A DNA stretch of 64,000 nt from Candidatus Latescibacterota bacterium. Lineage in GTDB: Bacteria > Latescibacterota > UBA2968 > UBA8231. The notes under the pieces were generated by a model that did no database searches, was not told the DNA's origin, and worked only from the letters and a program-made list of their open reading frames with translations. The position numbers and the translations under genes were made by a program. The stretch is from assembly GCA_964291625.2 (NCBI GenBank), contig OZ220089.1, forward strand, positions 1,920,001 to 1,984,000, read 5' to 3'. Of this stretch, positions 16,392 through 26,485 are shown piece after piece (the stretch's first letter is position 1; every line of letters begins with the position of its first letter).

Positions 16392-16611
16392 GGGACTGTG
16401 CCAGGACAGAGGTGGCTCTCCGGCTTGCCGGGCGGGACAGGTGCATTTGAGAGCCCGGCGGAGAGAGGGTTGCCCGTCAGAGGCTACCATACCCCGCGGG
16501 AGGCGGTCTGACAAGGGAGTCGACCCCGCTCCATGGCTCCGGGCAACCCCCATTGCAGATAGCGCCAGCACCGGTTTGCACGCCAACCCGCCTCCGAGCA
16601 TCTTGCCTGCC

Positions 16612-17648
16612 ATGGCCCAGGATTCCGCCACCGACAGCGGCGCCGCTATCGCCCTCGCCGCCGAACGCGCCGCCGCCTGGCTGACCGCCCACATCGACGC
16701 CGAGGGCTGGGTCGGCGGCAGCCGCGCCCCGGGCCTCTACTACAAGGTGCCCTCCGCCCTGGCGCTGAACGGCCGCAGGCGAACGGCAGGCCTCGTCCTC
16801 GACTGGATCGCGCGCCACCTGCTGGCGGCGGACGGCCCCCTCAGGCTGCCCGACGAGGTCGACCGCTCCCGCCCGGTGAACACCTACGACCGCGGCTGGC
16901 TGGCGCGGGGAGCGGCGCTCTGCGAACGCCACGACCTGCAGCAGGCGTTGGCCGAGGATCTGACTGCTTACCAGGACCACCGAACCGGCGGCTTCTGGGA
17001 CTCCGCCGAGGCACGCGCCTCGGGCGAGGGACTGCAGGGCGCCATGACCGCCGGCATGGCCGGCCTGGGGCTTCTGGCCGCCGGGCGCATCGAGCCGGCG
17101 CGGGGGCCGCGCGGTTCCTGGACGAGTTGTGGGTAGGACAGGCGGACCCGGCGGCCGGCTTCGACTCCAACCGGCGGCTCACCGCCGACTGGGATGGACG
17201 CAAAGGCGCCGCCGCCCCCTTCTTCCGCGAGCGCAGCTCACGCCACTACGTCGATCTGAGAGGCTCCGCTCAGCGGCCGGCCCGGTTCGGACCCGCCATG
17301 GCGTTTCTGGTGAGGCTCCATCGCCTGACCGGCGATCCAGCCCACCTCGCCTGCGCCCGCCGCTATGCCGACCTGTTCCTGGCCCGGGACGAGCTGTATC
17401 TCTGCGTTGAGTGCCACAAGTACCTGTGGGGGCTCGCCGAGCTTCAGCAGGTCGCGGCCACCACCGAGTACGAGGAAGCCGCCGAGAAGTGCGCGGCCTA
17501 CCTCGTGGCGGCGCAGCAGCCGGACGGGAGCTGGCTCCCGGAGGCTTCGTCGGAAGGCGGCGAGCCGAGCTTCGAGCTGATCCTCAACACGGCGTGCAAT
17601 GCGCTCGTCGGTCTCGCCTACGCCCGCATTGCTGACGTCCGCCTGTAG
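16612..17648 (+). pseudogene. Alpha/alpha-toroid (prenyltransferase/squalene-cyclase-repeat-like) hypothetical protein split by a -1 frameshift at a G-run (~17102-17106)
   Basis: AERAAAWLTAHIDAEG, YQDHRTGGFW, AAYLVAAQQPDGSW repeats; adding one G restores EPARGAARFLDELWVGQ. May be a sequencing error. Confidence 0.65.
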
Positions 17649-18626
17649 CTACCACGGCGTGGCCACGGAGAGCTCCCGCCCCACCTCCTCCAGCCCCTCG
17701 ACGGCCCGCGCCGAGACCGGCACGCCGTCCCGGCGGTACTCCGTCTCCCTCTCCAGCTCCTTGCCGCCGGGCAGGTAGGACTCGCCGAAGCCGGGCAGGG
17801 GCTTCATGCGGCCGGCCTCGTCCATCAGGTGGTCCATGTCGGCCTTGAAGGCGGACAGGTCGGAGAACCGGTCCACGTCGATGGCGAGGAAGAAGCCGGA
17901 CTGGTCGGCACCGCTGAACTCCACGTTGCCGCGCGAGAACTCCGGCAGCATCTGTCCGCCGAGGGCGCCGGAGAGAATGTTGCCCACGTGCGAGATTCCG
18001 ATGGCCTTTATGAAAACCGGAGGGTACTTCAGAAATGTGTCATCGCCGACCGCGAAGTGGCTGGCGAAGTCGAGGAGGAAGGCCGGCTTCCCCTCTCCCG
18101 CGGGCATGCCGAAGGCCAGGGGCGGGCTGCCCTGGATGGAGCGACGGATCGTCTGCTCGCGGTCGTAGTGGTCGGCGGCGTTGCGGCCGGATGTGCAGAT
18201 GCCGATCAGGTCCCGGCTCATGGCCATGCGCGCGTAGATGCCGGCGCTGCCGAGGTGCCCGTGGTACGTGGAGGTGGCCGCGCCGATGCCGAGCTCCCGG
18301 GCCCGGGCGATGGCCATCTCCATGGCACGGCTGGCGACGAGATAGCCCAGGCCGCCGTCGCCGGTGAGAGCGGCGGTGGCCGGACCTTCCTTGAGCACGC
18401 GGATCCGGGGGTTCGGGTTCATGGAGCCGTCCTGGAAGGAGCGGACGTAGCGGTGGACCTGGAAGACGCCGTGGCTGACGACGCCGCGCAGGTCGCATTC
18501 CACCAGCTTGCCGGCGATGAGGCGGGCGTGGTCCTCGGGGATCGGCACCGCCCGGAAGATCCCGAAGACCAGTTCTTCCAGGTCGGAGGCGGCGACGCGG
18601 AGGCCGTCGGTCGGCGGCACGTTCAC
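17649..18626 (-). CDS. Ldh_2 family oxidoreductase
   Basis: DLRGVVSHGV, HGHLGSAGIY, LLDFAS, YLPGGKE; GTG start overlaps the upstream stop. Confidence 0.85.
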   Translation of the reverse strand: MNVPPTDGLRVAASDLEELVFGIFRAVPIPEDHARLIAGKLVECDLRGVVSHGVFQVHRYVRSFQDGSMNPNPRIRVLKEGPATAALTGDGGLGYLVASRAMEMAIARARELGIGAATSTYHGHLGSAGIYARMAMSRDLIGICTSGRNAADHYDREQTIRRSIQGSPPLAFGMPAGEGKPAFLLDFASHFAVGDDTFLKYPPVFIKAIGISHVGNILSGALGGQMLPEFSRGNVEFSGADQSGFFLAIDVDRFSDLSAFKADMDHLMDEAGRMKPLPGFGESYLPGGKELERETEYRRDGVPVSARAVEGLEEVGRELSVATPW

Positions 18627-19882
18627 TTCCGGCTCTCCCGCCGCCGCAGGGTGCGGCCGTCGCGCACCGCCTGCCAGATCTCCTCGAACTCCTGCGAGCC
18701 GTCGTCCTCCACGGGCACGCACTCCGACCCCGCCTCGCTCACCGGCATGGCCAGGTCGGGGTAGACGCGGGTCAGCTCCTGCTTGCCGCACCCGAGGTAG
18801 GTGACCTCACCGTTGGCCCGGGCGTACCGGTAGACGTGCCTCGGGGGATCGACCCAGGCGTAGTCGACGGCGTGCTTCTCCACCAGTCCCTCGTCCAGCT
18901 CGATGCCGAGGCCGGGCCCGTCCGGCACCCGGTGATAGCCGCCGCGCAGCTCGATGGCAGGACGGACGAGTTGCTCCTTCCAGATGTTCATGCAGGTGAT
19001 GGCCGGCCACTTGGCCTCGTGGCAGACGGCGCCGAGGTGGGCCGCCCAGGTGGTGGTGATGCCCGTGCCCACGAGCTGCAGCCAGAAAGGCTTGTTGGCC
19101 CCGTGGGCGATCTCCGACTGCGAGCGGACCTGACTGGCGCCGCCGGAGACGACGAAGCCGTCGGTCACGTCCTCGGCCAGGGCGGTCTCGGCCGGCGGCT
19201 GGCCGAAGTGCATGGCCACGGCCCGGTCGAGGCGCCGGCGGATCTGCTTGTTGCCGGCCACGTCGCTCTGCGGGATGGGGCTCTCGATCATGGCGACCTG
19301 CTCGTACTGCTCGAGCGACTTGAGATGCTCCACGGCGTTGGAGGTGTTGTCCAGGGTCGAGTTGTAGTCGAGGTCCAGCCGGAACTGGGGCGGCACCACC
19401 TCGAGGATGGCCCGGATCCCGGCGTGCATGTCGTACCAGGTGCGCGCCTTGAGCTTGGCCGACATGTAGCCCGCCTTCACCGCGGCGCGGCACTGGCGGG
19501 CCCAGTCCCGGGGCGGCATGTCCATGGCCCACCACGACAGGGGCACGTAGTCGCGCACCCGGGAGCCCAGGAGTTGGTGGACGGGCACGTTCTCGTGCCT
19601 GCCCACCGCGTCGAAGAGCGCCATCTGCACGCCGGCGCCTAGGTCGTCCTCCCACATCAGTGCGTCCGCCTCGCGGCCCACGACGCGCTCCTCGATCCCC
19701 TCGGGCACCTTGGCCCAGGTGTAGTTGGGGATCGTCTCGCCGAAGCCGACGACGCCGTTGCTCATGGTGAGCCGGCAGATCTGCACGATGCGCCAGTGGG
19801 GAAGCCAGTACTGCATGTGCCTGCCGGTGTGCTTCGTGAAGGGCAGGTCGAGAAGGGTCAGCTCGACGGACTCGACTTTCAC
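18623..19882 (-). CDS. Mandelate racemase/muconate-lactonizing enzyme (enolase superfamily) protein
   Basis: VKVESVELTLL, GVVGFGE, QMALFDAVG..VPVHQLLG, SAKLKARTW, LDYN, IESP, VPDGPGLGIELD. Confidence 0.88.
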   Translation of the reverse strand: MKVESVELTLLDLPFTKHTGRHMQYWLPHWRIVQICRLTMSNGVVGFGETIPNYTWAKVPEGIEERVVGREADALMWEDDLGAGVQMALFDAVGRHENVPVHQLLGSRVRDYVPLSWWAMDMPPRDWARQCRAAVKAGYMSAKLKARTWYDMHAGIRAILEVVPPQFRLDLDYNSTLDNTSNAVEHLKSLEQYEQVAMIESPIPQSDVAGNKQIRRRLDRAVAMHFGQPPAETALAEDVTDGFVVSGGASQVRSQSEIAHGANKPFWLQLVGTGITTTWAAHLGAVCHEAKWPAITCMNIWKEQLVRPAIELRGGYHRVPDGPGLGIELDEGLVEKHAVDYAWVDPPRHVYRYARANGEVTYLGCGKQELTRVYPDLAMPVSEAGSECVPVEDDGSQEFEEIWQAVRDGRTLRRRESRK

Positions 19883-21762
19883 GGTTGATCTCCCTTGCGC
19901 ACGGGCAGCTCGAGGAAGCTGGACGCGGCGCGGTCGTGGTGGATGGCGTGGGTCGCCTTCTGGAAGTCCTCGGGCCGGGCCCAGGCGATCTGGTCCACGA
20001 AGGTCTGCGGGTTGCGGTCGCAGACCGGGAACCACGAGCTCTGCACATGCACCATGATGCGGTGCCCGGGCCGGAATGTGTGGTTCACGTGGGGCATGAG
20101 GACGCGGTAGGGCAGCACCTGCCCGGGCGGGATCGGCTCCGCCTTCGCGAAGCTCTCGCGGTAGCGGCCCCGCAGGATGTCCCCCGAGATCATCAGCTGG
20201 TAGCCGCCCATGTCGCGGTCGCCCGGGACCTCGTCGGGGTAGAGGTCGATGAGCTTGACGACCCAGTCGGCGTCGGTCCCCGTGGTCGAGGCGAAGAGGG
20301 TGGCCGACGGCTCCCCGCTCAGGGTGAGGGATTCCCGAAGGGGATCGCTGACGAAGACGAGGACGTCGGTGCGGTCGGAGAAGGGCCGCTGGTCGTCGAC
20401 CAACCACCGGAACCAGGTGCCTTCCCCGGCGAAGGGCGGGACGATCGGCCGCACCCGGTAGGGCACCGGCTTGGCCGGGTCGGAGACGTACTCGGTGCAG
20501 CTCTCCCCCGCCCGGGGGAGCTTGAAGGAGAGGCCGCCCCCCGGCTGCAGGTAGAGCTGGCGGACCTCGGTCTCCTTCGCCGGCGGCCAGCTCCGGTACC
20601 GCCGCCAGCGGTTGCTCCCGGTCTCGAAGGCGGTCACCGGCGGCAGCGGCTCGGAGGGCCGCCTCCTCTTGAGGTGGCGGTCGAAGAAGGGCTTGAACAT
20701 CTCCCGGCGGAAGCGCAGGCAGGTGTCCTCCCCCCACTTGAGGCTGCCGAGGGCCGAGCCGTCGCCCCAGGTCTGGGCGTGGGACCAGGGGCCGATGACC
20801 AGGTGCGTGCGAGCGCCGCGGGGGTCGTTGGCGGCCATCGCCTCGTGGCTGAGCACGGCGCCGTAGAGGTCCTCGGCGTCGAAGAGGCTGTGGACGCTGA
20901 GCACGGGCACCCGCCGCGGCGCCCGCGCGAGGTGCTCCTGCAGGGCCTGGTCCTTCCAGTAGTCGTCGTACGCGGGGTGCTCCAGCAGGCGCTTCCAGGC
21001 CGGCAGCCGGTCGGCCCCGTAGCGGCGGCCCAGCTCGCCGAGGGAGCCGGCCTCGAGGATGGCCTGGTAGTGGTCGCGGTAGCCCCAGGGGACGGAGTGG
21101 CCGGCGTCCTTCGTCGAGGTCTGCCGGTAGATGTACTGGAACATGACCGTGCGGAACGCCCCGTGGCGGTAGAAGTCGTCGCCGAGCCAGGAGTCGACCA
21201 TGGAGTTGACGGGGACCGCCGCCTTCAGCGCCGGGTGGGGGTCGATGAGGGCCATCAGGGTGAGGAGGCCGTCGTAGGAGGTGCCGGTGATGCCGACGCG
21301 GCCGTTGTTGCCCTCCACGTTCTCCACCAGCCACTCCACCGTGTCCCAGGCGTCGGTGACCTGGTCGACCTCGCCCTCGTTGAAGGGGCCGCGCACCGGC
21401 ATGGTCATGGTGTACTTCCCCTTGGAGCCGAAGCGGCCGCGCACGTCCTGGTAGACGCGGATGTAGCCGTCGCGCACCAGGTCCTCGTCGGCAGCGGGCA
21501 GGACCATGGCGATGTCGGGGCTGGGGGTGCCCGCGGCGCGGGACTTGGCGTTGTAGGGCGTGCGGGTCAGCACGATCGGCATCTTCCCCGAGGCGCCCTC
21601 GGGGATCATGATCAGGGTGAAGAGCTTCACGCCGTCGCGCATGGGCACCATCGACTCCTGGCGGGTGTAGTTGTACTCCCCCGTCCGGGTCTCGAAGGTG
21701 CGGGGGATGTCCCCCTTGCGGGTCACGTCCCGCGACCCGGAACTGCTCTTGCGTTTGGCCAT
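19879..21762 (-). CDS. CocE/NonD family serine hydrolase (alpha-amino acid ester hydrolase / glutaryl-7-ACA acylase-like)
   Basis: MVPMRDGVKL, LTRTPY, QDVRGRFGSKG, nucleophile GTSYDG, GPWSH, SDPAKPVPY, VQSSWFP. Confidence 0.93.
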   Translation of the reverse strand: MAKRKSSSGSRDVTRKGDIPRTFETRTGEYNYTRQESMVPMRDGVKLFTLIMIPEGASGKMPIVLTRTPYNAKSRAAGTPSPDIAMVLPAADEDLVRDGYIRVYQDVRGRFGSKGKYTMTMPVRGPFNEGEVDQVTDAWDTVEWLVENVEGNNGRVGITGTSYDGLLTLMALIDPHPALKAAVPVNSMVDSWLGDDFYRHGAFRTVMFQYIYRQTSTKDAGHSVPWGYRDHYQAILEAGSLGELGRRYGADRLPAWKRLLEHPAYDDYWKDQALQEHLARAPRRVPVLSVHSLFDAEDLYGAVLSHEAMAANDPRGARTHLVIGPWSHAQTWGDGSALGSLKWGEDTCLRFRREMFKPFFDRHLKRRRPSEPLPPVTAFETGSNRWRRYRSWPPAKETEVRQLYLQPGGGLSFKLPRAGESCTEYVSDPAKPVPYRVRPIVPPFAGEGTWFRWLVDDQRPFSDRTDVLVFVSDPLRESLTLSGEPSATLFASTTGTDADWVVKLIDLYPDEVPGDRDMGGYQLMISGDILRGRYRESFAKAEPIPPGQVLPYRVLMPHVNHTFRPGHRIMVHVQSSWFPVCDRNPQTFVDQIAWARPEDFQKATHAIHHDRAASSFLELPVRKGDQP

Positions 21763-21878
21763 CGCTTCCGTCCCTGTGTAGTCCTGGAATGGGAGCGGTC
21801 ATTGTAGGCCCTGGCCCGGGGGACCGCCACGAGGGACCGAGGTCGCCGGACCTTCCCCGGGAGGGTAGCTTTGCCGCC

Positions 21879-24023
21879 ATGGAGATCCGCGAGCTCGCCG
21901 AGGCCGTGCTCTTCGGCGACACCCTGGAGCACAAGCTCACCCCCGCCGGCCGTCTGACCGACGAGCGGCCGGGACGCCCCCTGAAGTCCCCCGACGCGCC
22001 GGGGCGCCCGCCGGAGCTGGCCCTGGACCGCTGGAGCGAGACCGGGCGCGTCCCTTTCGAGGAGGTGCGGTCCCTGGAGCGCGACGAGGACCGCGGCCTC
22101 GTGCTGCACTTCTTCGCCAACCACGAGCTGATGGCGGCGGAGCTGATGGCCCTGGTGCTGCTGAAGTTCCCCGACGCGCCGGCCCGCTTCCGCCGCGGCG
22201 TGGCCCGCACCCTGCGCGACGAGCAGGAGCACCTGCGCCTCTACATGGAGCGCATGGCCGCCTCCGGCGTCGCCTTCGGCCAGATCCCGGTGAGCGATTT
22301 CTTCTGGCGCGCCATCTCCCCCATGCCGACGCCCCTGGACTTCGTCACCCGCCTGAGCCTGACCCTGGAGCAGGCGAACCTCGATTACGCGCCCCACTAC
22401 CAGCGGCTCTTCGACGAGCTCGGCGACGCCGGCACGGCGGAACTCATGGGGCGCATCTACCGCGACGAGATCGGCCACGTGCGCCACGGGCTGAACTGGT
22501 TCAACACCTGGCGCGCCCCGTCGCAGAGCGAGTGGGAGTCCTTCCAGCAGGCCCTCGGGTTCCCCCTGAGCCCGAGCCGCGCCAAGGGGATCGGGTTCAA
22601 CCGCGAGGGCCGGCTCCAGGCGGGTCTGCCCAGGACCTTCGTCGACGAGCTGGAGCTCTTCGTGCACTCCCACGGCCGCTGCCCGTGGCTGCACTGGTTC
22701 AACCCCCTGTGCGACCTCGCCGCCGGCCGGGGCGCCCCCTTCACGCCGCCGGCGCCGCTCCGCGACCTGTCCCGCGACCTGGCGCTGCTGCCCGCCCTGC
22801 TGGCCGCCCCCGACGACGTGGTGCTCGTCCCCGGGCGGCCGTCCCTGGCCTTTCTGCAGGAGCTGCGGGCGGCGGGCCTGCCGGTGCCGGAGCTGGTGGA
22901 GTGGGACCCCGCGGCCGGGGAGATGCCCGCGGCCCTGGACGGCCGCCGCCTCACCGGGCTGCGGCCCTGGGGCTGGGCCCCGGACAGCGTCGCCGCCCTC
23001 GGTCCGCTGGCGGACCAGCTGCCGGCCGGCGAGCCGGCGCCGGAGGGGCTCTGGCACGAGGAGAGGCGGCAGCTCTACTCGAAGGCTTGGAGCGCCGACT
23101 GGCTCGCCCGCATCCTGCCGTCGCTGCGCGAGGAGGAGGGGGACTGGCTCTGCGGGCCGGAGGTCGTGGGCGCGCCCTGCGCGTCGCCGGAGGAGGTCGC
23201 CGCGGCGCTGGCCGCCGGGTTCGCGGCGGGCTGGCGCCGGGGGGTGGTCAAGGCGGCCTTCGGCGCCGCCGGCGGGCGCCGGGTCCTGGTCGATTCTCCA
23301 GACCTCCCGGACCATCGCCGCCGCTGGCTGGAAGGGGTCCTGCAGGAGGGCGGGACCGTCGTCGTCGAGCCCTGGCTCGACCGCGTCCTCGACCTGTCGG
23401 CCCAGTACGAGGCGGAAGAGGACGGCTCCGTGCGCCTGGTGGGGACCACCCGGTTCCTCACCAGTCCCGGGGGCCGCTTCCAGGGGGTCGTCCTCCACGA
23501 TCTCGCGGCCGGCCTCGACGAGGAGACGCGGCGGTTCCTCTACGGCGACGGGCGGGACGGGCGCCGGCTGCAGCGGCTCTGCCGCCGTCTCGGCGAGGAC
23601 CTCGGCCGCCGGCTGCCGGCGGACTTCCGGGGGCCGCTGGGCGTGGACGCCCTCGTCTACCGGGACCGGGCCGGCGGCGGCCTGCGGCTCAAGCCGGTGG
23701 TGGAGCTGAACCCGCGGCTGACCATGGGGCGGGTGGGGCTGGCCCTGCAGAAGCGGGTCCTGGCCTCCAGGTCCGCGGTCTGGCGCCTGTGGCGGCTGAA
23801 GGACCTGGAGGCCGCCGGCCACGCCTCGGCGGCGGCCTGGGCCGACCTCCTGCGGCGGCGCCTGCCCCTGGAGATGTCCGGGGACGGCCGGCAGATCTCG
23901 CGGGGGGTCGTGTTCACCAACGATCCCGCCGACGCCCGCGCCTTCGTCGGGGTGCTCGCCGTCGCCGAGGAGCCGCCGGCGCACGACCTGCTCCTCGCGG
24001 CGCCGGGTGCGGACGATGGCTGA
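21879..24023 (+). CDS. DUF455 ferritin-like di-iron domain fused to an ATP-grasp-like C-terminal domain
   Basis: HFFANHELMA, DEQEH, LEQANLD, DEIGHV (paired ExxH); C-terminal VVKAAFGAAG, VVVEPWLDRVLDLS, GPLGVDAL, VELNPRLTMG. Confidence 0.8.
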   Translation: MEIRELAEAVLFGDTLEHKLTPAGRLTDERPGRPLKSPDAPGRPPELALDRWSETGRVPFEEVRSLERDEDRGLVLHFFANHELMAAELMALVLLKFPDAPARFRRGVARTLRDEQEHLRLYMERMAASGVAFGQIPVSDFFWRAISPMPTPLDFVTRLSLTLEQANLDYAPHYQRLFDELGDAGTAELMGRIYRDEIGHVRHGLNWFNTWRAPSQSEWESFQQALGFPLSPSRAKGIGFNREGRLQAGLPRTFVDELELFVHSHGRCPWLHWFNPLCDLAAGRGAPFTPPAPLRDLSRDLALLPALLAAPDDVVLVPGRPSLAFLQELRAAGLPVPELVEWDPAAGEMPAALDGRRLTGLRPWGWAPDSVAALGPLADQLPAGEPAPEGLWHEERRQLYSKAWSADWLARILPSLREEEGDWLCGPEVVGAPCASPEEVAAALAAGFAAGWRRGVVKAAFGAAGGRRVLVDSPDLPDHRRRWLEGVLQEGGTVVVEPWLDRVLDLSAQYEAEEDGSVRLVGTTRFLTSPGGRFQGVVLHDLAAGLDEETRRFLYGDGRDGRRLQRLCRRLGEDLGRRLPADFRGPLGVDALVYRDRAGGGLRLKPVVELNPRLTMGRVGLALQKRVLASRSAVWRLWRLKDLEAAGHASAAAWADLLRRRLPLEMSGDGRQISRGVVFTNDPADARAFVGVLAVAEEPPAHDLLLAAPGADDG

Positions 24024-24882
24024 TCTCGTCCTGGACGTCTTCCCCTGCGACGGGGCCGGAGGGAACCCGCTGACGGTGCGGACCCTCGACGAGCCCCTGG
24101 AGCCACCGCGGATGATGGCCGAGGCCGCGGGTCACGAGAGCCGGGAGACCGCTTTCCTCCTGCCGCCCACGGACGGCGGACCGTGCCGCGTGGACGTCTT
24201 CACGGCGAGCCGGCCGATCCCGTTCTCGGGCCACGCCGCCCTCGGGGCGGCCTGGGCGGTCCACGAGCACCTGCAGCCGGACCCGGCCGGCGAGGTGGTC
24301 CTGGCGATGGCCCTGGGGGACGTGGACGTCCGCTTCGAGGACGGCACCGCCTGGCTCACGGCGCCGACCATCGAGCTGGGCTCCTCGTGGCCCGCCCCCG
24401 AGGTCCGCGCGACCCTGGGGCTGCGCGGTCCACCCCCCGGCGGGCTGGAGCCGCCGCGGCTCACCGGCGCCGGTCTCCCCATCCTCGTCGTTCCCGTCGC
24501 CGGCCTGGAGGAGCTGCACGCCTGCCACCTCGACCCCGCCGCCTTCCGCGCCTTCGGCGTGCGCATGGTGCGCCACAAGGCCCTCCACGCCCGGGTCTAC
24601 GCCTTCTGCCGGGAGACGCGCTCGGCGGACAACCACCTCTCGGCGCGGCTCTTCCTGCCGGGGGATGAGGAGGCCCTGGAGGACCCGGCCAGCGGCGCGG
24701 CCGCCGCCTGCCTGGGCGCCTGCCTGTCGGTGCAGGGCGGCCTCCACCCCGACGGGGGCGAGATCCGCATCGAGCAGGGGTTCGAGATGGGACGGCCGTC
24801 GCTGCTGCGGCTGCGGACCGGGCCTCACGGCGGCATCGAGGTCGGGGGAGAGGTGCGGCCGGCCCCGGCGGGACCGGCGTGA
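24016..24882 (+). CDS. PhzF/diaminopimelate-epimerase-fold isomerase
   Basis: DVF..GGNPL, ETAF, PFSGHA, EDPASGAA, IEQGFEMGRPS. Confidence 0.88.
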   Translation: MADLVLDVFPCDGAGGNPLTVRTLDEPLEPPRMMAEAAGHESRETAFLLPPTDGGPCRVDVFTASRPIPFSGHAALGAAWAVHEHLQPDPAGEVVLAMALGDVDVRFEDGTAWLTAPTIELGSSWPAPEVRATLGLRGPPPGGLEPPRLTGAGLPILVVPVAGLEELHACHLDPAAFRAFGVRMVRHKALHARVYAFCRETRSADNHLSARLFLPGDEEALEDPASGAAAACLGACLSVQGGLHPDGGEIRIEQGFEMGRPSLLRLRTGPHGGIEVGGEVRPAPAGPA

Positions 24883-24947
24883 CCGGGCTGTCGCCGCCGG
24901 GTCCCGGGCCCTTGCTTTGCGGTAGCTGAAAACCCTGGAGGTGCCCG

Positions 24948-26483
24948 ATGAACTCCACCCGCCGAACCGCCTCCCGCCTCCGGCTCGCGCTGCTGCCGCT
25001 GGGCCTCTCCCTTCCCCTCGCTCTCCACGCCCAGGACCGGGTCATCGACTTCACCCTCTCCCGCATCGACTCGGGCGAGGTGTGGGTCAGTCCCTACTTC
25101 GGATACAACGGGCCCAAGCTGGTCTTCGATGGCGACGACTTCTACGCCGTGGGCATGTGGGGGCTCGATCCGTCCACCGCCCAGGGCGTCGTCTACCGCG
25201 GCGGCGAGGAGGGCTGGGAGCGGTTCTACGACTGGGGGACCCACGACTACCAGCCGGGCCTGGTGCTGCTCGACAGCGAGCGGCGGCTGGTGCTCGTCCA
25301 CCCCCGCCTCCTCGACGGTCCCCGCATCCTCCACCAGCAGCAACGCGGCGACCCGGACAGCTTCGAGGAGGTGGCCCTGCCGGCAGGCCTGGGCAAGGCC
25401 GGCTACGTCGGCGCCGCCATGGACGGCGACCGCCTGGTCCTCGGGTACATCGCCGACCCGGCGACCTACTCCTTCCTCGTCGCCTGGGTCGATCTCGACA
25501 CCGGCGAGTGGGGCGGCCCCCACCTGCTGGCCCGCGAGCAGCGCGCCGAGGAGCCGTACACCACCTGGCTCTACCCCGTGATCTGGCCAGACGGCGACGG
25601 CTTCCACCTCGTGGTCAGCAACAACGCCGACCTCAGCTCCTACTACAACCGCATCAACTACCTCTACGTGCCCTACGCCGATCCCCTCTCGGCGGAGGTC
25701 GAGGTGGTGGCCGATGTCGTTCCCTGGACTCAGAACATCGCCTACGCCGAGGCCATGTGGAAGGCGGCCGACGGGGCCCTCTACCTCACCGGCCAGTACG
25801 AGCCCGAGGGCGGCAACAACCGGTTGATGGTCTACCGGCGGGACCCCGAAACCCGGCAGTGGGAGGAGACGGTCATCGGGGGGGCCGCGGTGGCCGCGGT
25901 CTACGAGGCCCCGGCCCGGCCGGGGGAGCTGTGGATGACCGTGACCCACGGCAACGCCCTGCTGCTCTTCCGCGCCGAGGACCGGGGCCGTGAGTGGACG
26001 AGGGCCGACCTGGCCGGCTTCGACGGCCGCGGCCTGCAGGGCGTGTGGTTTCTCTACGGGATCTCGCCGTCCAGCGGCAGCGTGCTGCCCGACGGGCCCT
26101 GCGCCGTCTTCAGCAGCGGGCCCCACCCGAACCTGGAGCTGTGGTTCGCGCGCTTCCGCACGGCGCCGCCCACGGCGGTCACCGGCCTGGCGGCGGCCAC
26201 ACCCGGGGCGAGCCGGCTGGAGCCCGCCTACCCGAACCCCTTCAACGCCGGCACGGTCCTGGCCTTCGAGATCGCCCGCGAGGCGGAGGTCGACCTGCGC
26301 GTCCACGACCTGCTCGGGCGCCCCCTTGCGACCCTGCGCAGCGAACGGATGGCCCCCGGGCGCTACCGGGCGCATTGGGACGGGACCCTGGCCGACGGGA
26401 GCACTCTCGGCAGCGGCGTCTACATCCTGCGCCTGCGCGCCGGCGGCGACAGCCACACCCGCAAGGTGATGCTCCTGAGGTGA
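24948..26483 (+). CDS. Secreted beta-propeller (BNR-like) protein with FlgD/T9SS-like C-terminal domain
   Basis: Signal peptide ending LHA-Q; AEDRGREW Asp-box-like motif; AYPNPFN...GSGVYILRL...RKVMLLR. Confidence 0.75.
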   Translation: MNSTRRTASRLRLALLPLGLSLPLALHAQDRVIDFTLSRIDSGEVWVSPYFGYNGPKLVFDGDDFYAVGMWGLDPSTAQGVVYRGGEEGWERFYDWGTHDYQPGLVLLDSERRLVLVHPRLLDGPRILHQQQRGDPDSFEEVALPAGLGKAGYVGAAMDGDRLVLGYIADPATYSFLVAWVDLDTGEWGGPHLLAREQRAEEPYTTWLYPVIWPDGDGFHLVVSNNADLSSYYNRINYLYVPYADPLSAEVEVVADVVPWTQNIAYAEAMWKAADGALYLTGQYEPEGGNNRLMVYRRDPETRQWEETVIGGAAVAAVYEAPARPGELWMTVTHGNALLLFRAEDRGREWTRADLAGFDGRGLQGVWFLYGISPSSGSVLPDGPCAVFSSGPHPNLELWFARFRTAPPTAVTGLAAATPGASRLEPAYPNPFNAGTVLAFEIAREAEVDLRVHDLLGRPLATLRSERMAPGRYRAHWDGTLADGSTLGSGVYILRLRAGGDSHTRKVMLLR

Positions 26484-26485
26484 CC

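Noticed and set aside
18623-22210. 1195-aa ORF as one giant protein
   Set aside because: Only the C-terminal ~419 aa (from GTG 19882) is an enolase-family protein; the upstream part is an off-frame overlap of the CocE gene
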